A stretch of DNA of 39,998 nt from an uncultured Bacteroidales bacterium (GTDB lineage: Bacteria > Bacteroidota > Bacteroidia > Bacteroidales > JAEINX01): the NCBI GenBank assembly GCA_964494265.1, contig CAZBSL010000002.1:1-39998 (forward strand), read 5' to 3'. Below the pieces are notes generated by a model. That model was not told the origin of the DNA, did no database searches, and was given only the letters and a program-made list of their open reading frames with translations. Each line of letters opens with the position of its first letter. Positions within the stretch are counted from its first letter, which is position 1. The translations under genes were made by a program, and so were the position numbers. Below are positions 17,565 to 26,892 of the stretch, piece after piece.

Positions 17565-20500
17565 CTATTTTATCGTGATTTTTTTAGTAAAATTATTGTT
17601 TTCAGTTTCAATAATAATAAGATAAATTCCTGTTTTAAATTCAGGAATTTTTAATTTTACAATATTGTTGTTGAATTGATTATCATAAATGTTTTGCCCA
17701 AAAAAGTTAATAATCCTTATCGATTCTATTTTGCTTTCTGAAAATATATTTATTTCTTCAGTAGCAGGATTAGGATAAATTCTCAAATCTCCAGTAATAT
17801 TTTCATTCCCAAAAGAGGCCTCTTTTGTTACATTTAAAACACTATAAACACCATCCTCACTCGGGAAATCGGGTTTTGTATATGCTTCCGAAAATTCGGT
17901 AAGAAAGCTAAAGTGTACAGAAACTTCAGTTTGTATTTTAGAATCCCAAACTCTAAGCGAAATCAAATTATTGGTTTCATAACCCATTTCGTTAGTAAGT
18001 GTACTAAATACGGGAATTGAATTTTCGAGGGGGTTTTCAGAGGTTATAACACTTGCTCCCACCATTTTATCACCATCGAAAACCGCAACTTCATCACCAA
18101 TTTCCAAACCGTGAATATAAATTGAATACACAGGATCGGCTGCATTTCCACCTTGAAAATCAAAATAATATAATTGCTTTTGAGGATTTTGGTTTAAAGA
18201 AATATTTTTAGAAATATTATAAACCAATTCATCATTCGCAAACATTTTAACCAAATAGCCTTCACCCGGTTTTAAATTTCCAAGGCCATTCACCCAGTTA
18301 GGGCCGATTTTTCGTAAGGTTTCTCCACTTGAGTTTCTAATAAAATTTAAATTATCGTTCAGAATATTTGCAAAAGCATCAAGGGCATTCAATTGTATTT
18401 CCGGAAGATAACTTATGAATTGATAACCTGTTGATAATTCAATAGTACTTTGAGCAGATAGAGTTACACCCTCAAAGTTAAGTTCATAATTATCGTTCAT
18501 TTTAAATAGATAACCTTCAACACTTATCCAGTTTCCAATTCCGTTTATCCAATTCGGGCCAATTTTTCGCAAAGTTTCTCCATTTGAGTTGCGGACGAAA
18601 TCAAGTTTATCGCTTAAAACATCTTGTAAAACAGTAATCATATCAGGATATTCAAATTCAAGCCTAGTGGAAACAAATTGATAACCTTGTGATAATTCGA
18701 TTGTTTGAGTTGAATTCCCTGAATTTATAACATCAAAAAACTCAAGATATTTTTCCATCAATTCATTTTTAGTGGATTCAGTATCATCAAGGCCGGCAAA
18801 TTCAAACGAAACGCCAATAGTTCTGTAAGTTTCTGCATCGAATGCTACGCCGCAACCATAATTGGGTGATTGATTTTCAAGAATTAAGATTGCAGGCGAA
18901 TTTGCGGAAATTTGATCAATATAAGAATTTTCGCCGGAATAATTATAACTTAAACCTTCAGTAAATGAACCGAAAACACCATTAATGGTTCCGAGATCAC
19001 CTAAGCCGTCATTTAGCGGAATTATATTAAACATTGGGTGTACATCTGTTTGACTGTCATAAAACCATGTATCTCCTCCTTCCATATATAAATTTCCACC
19101 ATTATTCAAATAATTTGCCAATTCTTCACCATTATCAGAACTTAATACATCATTATTATTATAAACACCAAGACAAACAAAAATTGCCGAATATGTTTCT
19201 ATACCGGTTTCAGGAAAAGTTGTGAAATAAGAAGCATCCAAACCAAAAGCTGAAAGGCTTTCAACTATTGCTGGGCCTGAGCTTGTATTCAAATCTAAAT
19301 CAATAACTAAAAAATCTTTTTGGCCTATATAAATTTGAAAATCTTTTTGTGTTGAATATCCTGCCTGATCGTTTGCGTAAAAAGAAAAGTCAGCACAATA
19401 TCCAAGTGGAGTTTCCGGATTAACCGAAATATTAAATGATTGCGTTTCTGAGCTTTCGGCTTCAATAATTCCATAGTTATTTGAAGGATTATTGATTGAA
19501 ATGTTTGAATCTTCGCAAATTAATTCGCCAATAACTTCAATTGAGTTTGAGGTACCTGTATTTTTGACTGTGATAAGTAAATCGGCAGTTTCGCCAGGCT
19601 CTAATTTTGAATTATTGTTTCCACCGGGAAGCGGATCGTAAATTTCAAAATTTTCATATTCCAGAAACGGAGCATGGCATTCAATAGAAAAATAACTCAC
19701 CCAGCTTGTATTTTCTCCTGATGCTTCCAACAAAAAGTTTACTATATGATTGTCAGGGATAATATTTTCAACATCGAATGAAAAAGCATTTAGCAAATTT
19801 ACAATTTGGTTTCCTTCAATATTGCCAACCGATTCATAATTATCAGTAATAGAAACATAATCATCATCTGTAAATATTTCAATTTCTACATTTTCGGCTG
19901 TTTCATTACCAATATTTTTTATTTCCACGTTTAAAAATATCTCTTCACCATAATCAACCAGAGCATTGTTGTTACCGGATGAATCATTAATTACATGGGA
20001 TTTATAAGCTACAAAGGGCTCGTTTGATTGAATTACGGGTAATTTTTCATTATACCTGAAGCAATTTTGTTTAGTAATTACTAAATCAATAATTGATGAA
20101 GTATTTTGAGGAATTATCATAATATCAGTTGCTTGTCCGGTTCCATCTCCTGTACCGATTATTTCTCCATCAACCGAAAGTGCAATAAATGAGTCTTCAT
20201 CTGCTGTAATTGTAAAATAATTTAACTCGCTAATAATTGCTTCATCATGAGCTACACTAATTTGCTGAGGCATTTCAGTATGTATTACCGAAAATGCATC
20301 CCCATGATGATGAAACAAATAATAAGTAATTTCTTTTTCATAAGTATTATAAGGCCAACTTGAGGATTCAAGAAAATACTTCCCGTAAGTATTTGCAAAT
20401 GCGGGCAAGGCATATTTAGGTTTAAATTGCGGATTATAATCCGGCATAAATTCCGGCCATAAATAATCATAAACACCCCATTGATAAGTTTCATTTACAA

Positions 20501-22157
20501 GCTTATAAGCAAGAGCAGTTGAGGCGGTAATACCTAATGCTCCATGTTCCATTCGGTGAAAGGCTTCGGCAAAACATTGTGGTTCAAAGTCGAACTTTCC
20601 GGTTGAGCATCCCAATGAAAAGACATAAGTTGGAAATTCATTGCTCAAAGAACTCATATTATTTAATGAGTAACTTGGACAGCCCCAACTTTCAATATTT
20701 CCATGATCATCGTATTGAGTTATAAAAGCGCCGCTATTAATTGCATTAGTAATATCAGTTGAAATTCCTCCCGTCCATGTCAAGCCTGAAGGATCAGTCG
20801 GGATGTATCCCAATCCGTTAGGGCCAAAATAGTTTACCAAAACATCAGTACCCGGAACAGTTGCCCAATATCCGCCATTTGGATTTCCGCTATGAACCTG
20901 ATTAATTCTTACAACATCTTTACCTAATTCATTATGCAAAAAACCGACTATTGCTTCTGTACAAATTTGGAACCAACTATAGTCTTCCCACCCTGAAATA
21001 GCGATAGGATTATTATAAAAATCAGGATTTTCCGGAGGATTTCTTTCATAATCTAAAAATTTATTTATCATTATTGAAAGTTCATTTTCGTTTCTTGCAG
21101 TTATTCGGGCAATAGTGATATCGGGAAGTGCGTCGCCATCAACATCCGCATAAAGATTATCGGCAAGGCAATCTTCTGAATCAGGATGTTCAACTAATGG
21201 TGCAATAATTGTATTTCCGGAAGTTCCATGATCTCCAAGCAATAATACTGCTGCCGGAGGAATATCCCAATTGTAATAGGCATTATCAATGTATGTTTCA
21301 ATTGAATTTACCGTATTTCCTCCCAATTCTGAAATAGTAACAACCTTAGTTCTTATTCCCTGCAAGGTTCTAAAAGTTTTAATTGAATCAGCCCAATTTT
21401 TAAAACGTTCACCATCGGGACAAATAATTAAATATTCACATCCGGTTTCATCAGTTTTTCTTTTATTAAAATCAATAATAGGTAGTGAGGCCGAATTAAG
21501 AATTAAATTTTTCAACATTGAATCCCACCATTTGCTTCTGAGACGATTATCCCCGAAATCACCACTTCCATCAATAAAATCAATTTTAATTTTTGCCTCT
21601 TTTATTACTTTCAATTCTTTTGTTACAGGGTTATATTGAAAAGGGCTTATTCCAAGTTTCACAACATCTACACCTCTGATTTTTGAAGCTTCCGATAATT
21701 TAATAGCATTTTTAGGAAAGAATTCGTTTTTTAAGTATAACTTGTTGTTTTTCTTAAATTCCATTGGCGCTTTATCAGTTTGAAATGGAATTTTTGGGGC
21801 AGGAGCAATATCAATATTATAAAAACTTTCCTCTTCAATTTCAATAATTTCAAGCTGAACATGAGCAAATTGAGGAATTGCAATAAAATTACTGCTTCCG
21901 GGTAGATTTGGGGCACCTTCCTCGTTTGGCAAAAATACTCCCGAAAGAACTATATTTTGCATAATTTCTCCATTAATATTAATGCTTTCAAGAGAAAATT
22001 CGCTTATTTTATATGTCAGCTCAACACCTGTTTTACTTAACTTGGTTAAATGTAATCCGCCTTCGTTTTTACTTAGATCAGATTTAAAATTTTCGGAAAA
22101 AACACTACAATTAATTATTAAAAAGAAAAGAGATAAAAAAGTAAATATTGATTTCAT
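17565..22157 (-). CDS. Large secreted C25 (gingipain-family) cysteine peptidase with CARDB-like domains, a two-module repeat cassette and a T9SS C-terminal sorting domain
   Basis: It has a signal peptide (MKSIFTFLSLFFLIINCSVFS) and C25-like blocks (AVLLLGDHG, YDDHGN, SLGCSTGKF). Repeated CARDB-like segments include EIFLNVEIKNIGNETAENVEI and ETADLLITVKNTGTSNS. Two ~75-aa modules contain LDFVRNSNGETLRKIGPNWINGIG and LNFIRNSSGETLRKIGPNWVNGLG. The C-terminus LRIYPNPATEEINIF...KKITIK is a type A CTD (Por_Secre_tail-like). Confidence 0.8.
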   Translation of the reverse strand: MKSIFTFLSLFFLIINCSVFSENFKSDLSKNEGGLHLTKLSKTGVELTYKISEFSLESININGEIMQNIVLSGVFLPNEEGAPNLPGSSNFIAIPQFAHVQLEIIEIEEESFYNIDIAPAPKIPFQTDKAPMEFKKNNKLYLKNEFFPKNAIKLSEASKIRGVDVVKLGISPFQYNPVTKELKVIKEAKIKIDFIDGSGDFGDNRLRSKWWDSMLKNLILNSASLPIIDFNKRKTDETGCEYLIICPDGERFKNWADSIKTFRTLQGIRTKVVTISELGGNTVNSIETYIDNAYYNWDIPPAAVLLLGDHGTSGNTIIAPLVEHPDSEDCLADNLYADVDGDALPDITIARITARNENELSIMINKFLDYERNPPENPDFYNNPIAISGWEDYSWFQICTEAIVGFLHNELGKDVVRINQVHSGNPNGGYWATVPGTDVLVNYFGPNGLGYIPTDPSGLTWTGGISTDITNAINSGAFITQYDDHGNIESWGCPSYSLNNMSSLSNEFPTYVFSLGCSTGKFDFEPQCFAEAFHRMEHGALGITASTALAYKLVNETYQWGVYDYLWPEFMPDYNPQFKPKYALPAFANTYGKYFLESSSWPYNTYEKEITYYLFHHHGDAFSVIHTEMPQQISVAHDEAIISELNYFTITADEDSFIALSVDGEIIGTGDGTGQATDIMIIPQNTSSIIDLVITKQNCFRYNEKLPVIQSNEPFVAYKSHVINDSSGNNNALVDYGEEIFLNVEIKNIGNETAENVEIEIFTDDDYVSITDNYESVGNIEGNQIVNLLNAFSFDVENIIPDNHIVNFLLEASGENTSWVSYFSIECHAPFLEYENFEIYDPLPGGNNNSKLEPGETADLLITVKNTGTSNSIEVIGELICEDSNISINNPSNNYGIIEAESSETQSFNISVNPETPLGYCADFSFYANDQAGYSTQKDFQIYIGQKDFLVIDLDLNTSSGPAIVESLSAFGLDASYFTTFPETGIETYSAIFVCLGVYNNNDVLSSDNGEELANYLNNGGNLYMEGGDTWFYDSQTDVHPMFNIIPLNDGLGDLGTINGVFGSFTEGLSYNYSGENSYIDQISANSPAILILENQSPNYGCGVAFDAETYRTIGVSFEFAGLDDTESTKNELMEKYLEFFDVINSGNSTQTIELSQGYQFVSTRLEFEYPDMITVLQDVLSDKLDFVRNSNGETLRKIGPNWINGIGNWISVEGYLFKMNDNYELNFEGVTLSAQSTIELSTGYQFISYLPEIQLNALDAFANILNDNLNFIRNSSGETLRKIGPNWVNGLGNLKPGEGYLVKMFANDELVYNISKNISLNQNPQKQLYYFDFQGGNAADPVYSIYIHGLEIGDEVAVFDGDKMVGASVITSENPLENSIPVFSTLTNEMGYETNNLISLRVWDSKIQTEVSVHFSFLTEFSEAYTKPDFPSEDGVYSVLNVTKEASFGNENITGDLRIYPNPATEEINIFSESKIESIRIINFFGQNIYDNQFNNNIVKLKIPEFKTGIYLIIIETENNNFTKKITIK

Positions 22158-22164
22158 AATAAAA

Positions 22165-22343
22165 AAGATTTTTATTTTTTTTTGCTTTTATAAAAAACAC
22201 ACACTTAAACTTCTAACAAGAGATTATTTATAAAAAAATTAATAAAATGTTTTAAAAACAAATTATTACAATATAAATAAAGAACATTGTTATATTAGAC
22301 AAGAATTATTATGAATAGGTTGTTTAAGTTCCTTATTAATTTT
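22165..22343. repeat. Direct repeat copy 1 (~175 bp), abutting the start codon of the C25 gene
   Basis: It matches 26590-26766. The core AAAAACAAATTATTACAATATAAATAAAGA(A/G)CATTGTTATATT (about 22254-22296 versus 26678-26720) differs at 1 of 43 nt. The flanks ...TTTTATAAAAAACAC... and ...GAATAGGTTGTTTA(A)GTTCCTTATTAATTTT are also shared. Confidence 0.8.
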
Positions 22344-22688
22344 GGTTCTACTGCGAATTTATTGGAAAATAAATAATGCTATGTATAAAATGAGATTGAC
22401 TTCGGTCTATTCCTATACCTTACCCACTAAAATGGTAGTAGAACCTAACAAAAAACAAATTATACCGGATGGCAATCTTTAGATAGATATTTCAAATGAT
22501 AAAGTGAGTCCATATTTTATGAAAAAATCTGTAGTACCCGAATAATAGATAACATATGCTCTAAACTCACAATATCAATTGATTAAAAAATATTGTTTGC
22601 AAGTTGGGTTAACTTTTTCCTTCATACATTTTTTTTTAGCCTTTTTCATCACAGGTTTATATAAAGGTAAAAAAAATACACCTATTTA

Positions 22689-25600
22689 TTATTTGCTGAA
22701 ATATTTCTCAATAATTTTAAATAATGACTTCTTGCTTATAGGTTTTGCTATATAATCATCGCAACCGGCCTGGATAGCTTTTTCTTTGTCGCCTTCAAGG
22801 GCATATGCAGTTTGGGCAATTATTTTTACATTATTATTAAAACTACGTATTAGACGGCTTGCTTCGTATCCTCCCATAATCGGCATTTTAATATCCATTA
22901 ATATAAGGTCGATATCTGGATTGTTTTTACAAATCTCAACAGCTTGTTTCCCGTTTTCACAATGTAAAATTTCCCGGCTTATTTGCTTTAAAAGAATGCT
23001 TAAATGAAGGCTGGAAAATTCTTCATCTTCGGCTATAAGTATTTTTAAATTCTTAATATCTTGTTTGGGCTTAATTATCTTGGATTCGTCCAAAATTTCT
23101 GTCTCTTCAAGAATAACAGGCATGTATGGAATAGTAAAATAAAATTGTGAACCTATGCCTTCTTGCGATTCTACCCAAATTTTTCCATTAAGCATTTCAA
23201 CATAAGCCTTGCAGATAGAAAGCCCGAGTCCGGCACCTTCCATAGCATTTCTATCATCTATATCGGCTTGTACAAAACGGTCGAAAATTGCCTTCTGTCT
23301 ATTTATCGGAATACCAATACCGTTGTCTTTTACAAAAAATTGTATAACATTATCTTGTTCGGCTTTGTTGCTAATAATATTATATCCGAATTCAATACTT
23401 CCTTTATTTGAATATTTTATTGCATTTTTAATAAGGTTGGATAAAATGGCATAAACTTTCTCTTTATCAGAATAAATTAATGTCTCATCAACTGTGTGCT
23501 TAATGATTGAGAAGTTCAATCCTTTTCTTTCAGCTTCGGGTTCAAAAAACGTATACAAATATTTGATAAGTTCATTAATATTAATTTCAGAGATATTAAT
23601 TTCCATTTGACCTGCTTCAACTTTTGATATATCTATCAGGTCATTAATAATGTTTAGCATACGTTTGCCGCTATTTTCAATAATTGAAATATAATTATTT
23701 TTTTCTTGCCCGCTTAGTTCAGTTTCTTTTAATAAGTCAGCAAAACCGAGAATTCCATTCATTGGAGTACGAATCTCGTGGCTCATATTTGCAAGGAAAG
23801 CTGATTTCAGTCGGTCTGATTCTTCGGCTCTTTCTTTAGCAATTTTTAAATCAATATTTTGATTTTTAAGTTGGTGTTCGACAGTTTTTTTATCGGTAAC
23901 ATCAGTAAAAATAGCAACAATTTCACCCGATTGCAATTTGTAAATATAGTTTTCGCGCCAGCCTTCCCTTACATTATCTTTATAATAAAATGGGGGTAAG
24001 TATTTATCTTTACTTGTTTCGTTTACTTCTTGTAAGGCTTTATACAAAGGCGACTTTATCATATTAGGGAATTTTTCTAATAATGTATTCCCAATAATTT
24101 CATTTTTCTTTGAGTTTGTAATTATTTCAGCTTCTTTGTTAAGATCAATAAATTTGAAATCCTTCCCATTTTTAACAGGAATATAGATAGCAACTCCATT
24201 TGGCATATGCTCTATCAATTTTCTAAAGCGGTCTTCACTTAATCTTTGATTTTCTTCGGCTTTAATTCTTTTTGTGACGTCGCGTACAGCTGCTATTCTA
24301 AGATTTTGATTATTATGTCTAACATTTTTTGCTTCCAGTTCGGCTATAAAAGCCTTTCCGTTTTTATGTTTTGCTGTTATTAAATAAGGTTTGGTTTTTT
24401 GTTTTACAATATTCATCAATATTTTAGCTTTATCCTTTGCATATGGAATATAATCAAGTAAATTCTTTCCTATTGCTTCTCCTTTGCTATATCCGGTCAT
24501 TTTCAGGAATGATTCGTTTGCATCGACAATGATTCCTTTTTTATGAACAACAATTCCCTCAAAAGTTGCTGCCGATAAAAATTTAAATTTTTCTTCACTT
24601 CTCATTAGTGCATCCTGCGCCATCTTACGTATTGTAATATCCTGTTGTACACCCCAAATATGAATCAAATGATTGTTATGAATTTTGCCATGATAGTTTT
24701 CCAATAAATAAAGAATGTTTCCATTTTTATCAATATCTTCTGTTTCATTTCCAATCACTTGATGTGATTTATTCTGAATGACTAATGACGCTCTCTCGCC
24801 ATAATTTGGAGCAAATTCTGTTGCTTTTCTCCCAACCATTTCTTCCTGTGTTAAGCCATACATTTCAGAAAGAGCTTTATTGGCTTCACCAATAACGGCA
24901 CAACTATTTATCTTCTTTATAAGTTTTTTTTGAGGGAGAGTAGTATCAACCGAAGGTTCCATATCAATACGATATATGCCCTCATTGCTATGTGTGATGA
25001 AATTTTTATAACGATCTTCACTTTTACGTAAAGCTGTTTCCGCTTTCATACGGTCGTCTATATTTCTGCCAACAACAAGTATTCTTTCGTTACCGGCAAT
25101 ATTAATTTTTTGCATGTTGTTTTCAAACCATACTAAGTCTCCATTTTTTGTTTTTGCGAGCCATTCGAATGTTTGGGGGCCTTCGATTGTGGCTTTTTTA
25201 ATCCATTCCAAAGCTTCTTTATGAGAATATGGGGTTTCATTTAAACTAAGATTGCTAATGCCTAACTTTTTAATTTCTTCTTTTGAATACCCGAAAGTAT
25301 CTAATGTTGATTGATTTACATCTATAATTTCTCCCGTTAAAAAATCGTGCAAGAAGATAGAATCAGGAGAAGCATCAAATATGGTTTCGTAGTTTTTTTG
25401 TGAAAATTCTAATTGTTTCTGAACCTCTTTTCTTTCATTAATATCACTTACAATACCGAAAATTTGTTTTACCCTGCCATCAGGAAGCCGAATAAAAACG
25501 GTTTCTTTTGAATGTAACCATACCCAATTACCATTCTTATGCTTCATCCTATACTCGTGTTCGATTAATTCATTTTCTTTTGTATTTTCATAATGTGGAA

Positions 25601-26420
25601 CAATTTCTTTTAAATAGGTTTGAAAATCATCGGGGTGCATTAATTTGGAAATAATTTCATTGCCCATTTCAAGAATTTCATCAATTGTATAACCAAGTAT
25701 ATTATTTATACTATCATTGGAATAAATATTTTTTTGTTCAACTATATCATAAATGTAAATTATATCAGGTGTAGTGTTTAACAATATTTCATTGAAATTT
25801 TTGCTTTCTTTCAATGATTGTTCATGTAATTTTCGTTCAGTAATATCTTGATCGGTACCTGTTGCTGAAATAGCATTACCATTATTATCTCTTTCAATAT
25901 GATATCTTGATTGTATGTATCGAGCTTTTCTATCTTTCGTAAGTATTCTGTATGTCTCAATAAATTCTGATTCTCCAGATTTCAAATTCACGTTGAAATT
26001 TTTCAGATGTCTGAATCTGTCCTTGGGATGTACGCTATCGAGATGTAGTTTGAATGATGGTTTTATGTCAGGCGAAAGTCCGTGAAGTTGAAAAACACCC
26101 TGAGACCAGTATTGAACATCTTTTTTTAAATTTAAAATCCAACTTCCTGACTGTCCTAATGCTTCTGCGGCTTGGAATAGATTATACGCCTTTTGTAATT
26201 CTTCTTCCGTTTGTTTTTGTTTTGCAATTTTTTTATTGGTAGTTTCCAATTTTTGTTTATAATGATTTATCTCTTTATTAGCATCTATGAGTTGGTTGTT
26301 TGCTGTTTTTAATTTCTTTTCTAAGATAAGTTGTTTTTCTTCAGCTTTCTCCAGTTCAGAATTTCTATTTTTTAGTTTTTCAATTTTTGAAAGGAGTTCT
26401 TTGTTTTTCTGGTCAGTCAT
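22689..26420 (-). CDS. Hybrid sensor histidine kinase with no obvious TM segment: coiled coil, multiple PAS/PAC, HisKA, HATPase_c and a C-terminal receiver
   Basis: It has the H-box SAFLANMSHEIRTPMNGILGF, N/G boxes (NLIKNAIKYS, DNGIGIP, GAGLGLSI), and a receiver (KILIAEDEE ... DLILMDIKMPIMGG). Repeated PAS-like segments carry the hallmark DITERK/DINERK/DITIRK/DVTKRI/DVTDKK junctions. No hydrophobic TM segment is evident. Confidence 0.85.
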   Translation of the reverse strand: MTDQKNKELLSKIEKLKNRNSELEKAEEKQLILEKKLKTANNQLIDANKEINHYKQKLETTNKKIAKQKQTEEELQKAYNLFQAAEALGQSGSWILNLKKDVQYWSQGVFQLHGLSPDIKPSFKLHLDSVHPKDRFRHLKNFNVNLKSGESEFIETYRILTKDRKARYIQSRYHIERDNNGNAISATGTDQDITERKLHEQSLKESKNFNEILLNTTPDIIYIYDIVEQKNIYSNDSINNILGYTIDEILEMGNEIISKLMHPDDFQTYLKEIVPHYENTKENELIEHEYRMKHKNGNWVWLHSKETVFIRLPDGRVKQIFGIVSDINERKEVQKQLEFSQKNYETIFDASPDSIFLHDFLTGEIIDVNQSTLDTFGYSKEEIKKLGISNLSLNETPYSHKEALEWIKKATIEGPQTFEWLAKTKNGDLVWFENNMQKINIAGNERILVVGRNIDDRMKAETALRKSEDRYKNFITHSNEGIYRIDMEPSVDTTLPQKKLIKKINSCAVIGEANKALSEMYGLTQEEMVGRKATEFAPNYGERASLVIQNKSHQVIGNETEDIDKNGNILYLLENYHGKIHNNHLIHIWGVQQDITIRKMAQDALMRSEEKFKFLSAATFEGIVVHKKGIIVDANESFLKMTGYSKGEAIGKNLLDYIPYAKDKAKILMNIVKQKTKPYLITAKHKNGKAFIAELEAKNVRHNNQNLRIAAVRDVTKRIKAEENQRLSEDRFRKLIEHMPNGVAIYIPVKNGKDFKFIDLNKEAEIITNSKKNEIIGNTLLEKFPNMIKSPLYKALQEVNETSKDKYLPPFYYKDNVREGWRENYIYKLQSGEIVAIFTDVTDKKTVEHQLKNQNIDLKIAKERAEESDRLKSAFLANMSHEIRTPMNGILGFADLLKETELSGQEKNNYISIIENSGKRMLNIINDLIDISKVEAGQMEINISEININELIKYLYTFFEPEAERKGLNFSIIKHTVDETLIYSDKEKVYAILSNLIKNAIKYSNKGSIEFGYNIISNKAEQDNVIQFFVKDNGIGIPINRQKAIFDRFVQADIDDRNAMEGAGLGLSICKAYVEMLNGKIWVESQEGIGSQFYFTIPYMPVILEETEILDESKIIKPKQDIKNLKILIAEDEEFSSLHLSILLKQISREILHCENGKQAVEICKNNPDIDLILMDIKMPIMGGYEASRLIRSFNNNVKIIAQTAYALEGDKEKAIQAGCDDYIAKPISKKSLFKIIEKYFSK

Positions 26421-26589
26421 TTTATTAAAAAATTATTATCATTAGAAATAGTTTTTCTTCAATAAAGTTTCGCACCAAATTTAAGCAAATAATCCTTATG
26501 AGTTTACAATGCTCCTAAATGTTTTAATTAGTTGTAAGGCAGGTTTTAGCATCTGTCAATTTTTATTATTCAGTGATTTAAGATGGATT

Positions 26590-26766
26590 TATCATGTTTT
26601 TATTTTTTATGTTTTTATAAAAAAACACTTAATCTTAGACTAAGAGATCATCAAGAAAAATAATAATAATTTGTCTGAAAAACAAATTATTACAATATAA
26701 ATAAAGAGCATTGTTATATTTGATAAAAATTATTTTGAATAGGTTGTTTAGTTTCCTTATTAATTT
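26590..26766. repeat. Direct repeat copy 2 (~175 bp), between the hybrid kinase and mrdA
   Basis: See 22165-22343. Copy 2 also retains a degenerate version of the C25 start codon and first codons: plus-strand ...AAGATGGATTTATCAT at about 26580-26595 versus ...AAATATTGATTTCAT at 22143-22157. Confidence 0.8.
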
Positions 26767-26892
26767 TTAATAAAATCAATTTTAAGGCTTTCTTATTAGT
26801 ATTTTTGTTTTCAATTTTGAATTAAATTAAAAATAAATATATATATTTTATTAATATTTGATTATTAAGTATTAATACTCTTTTTAATAATA

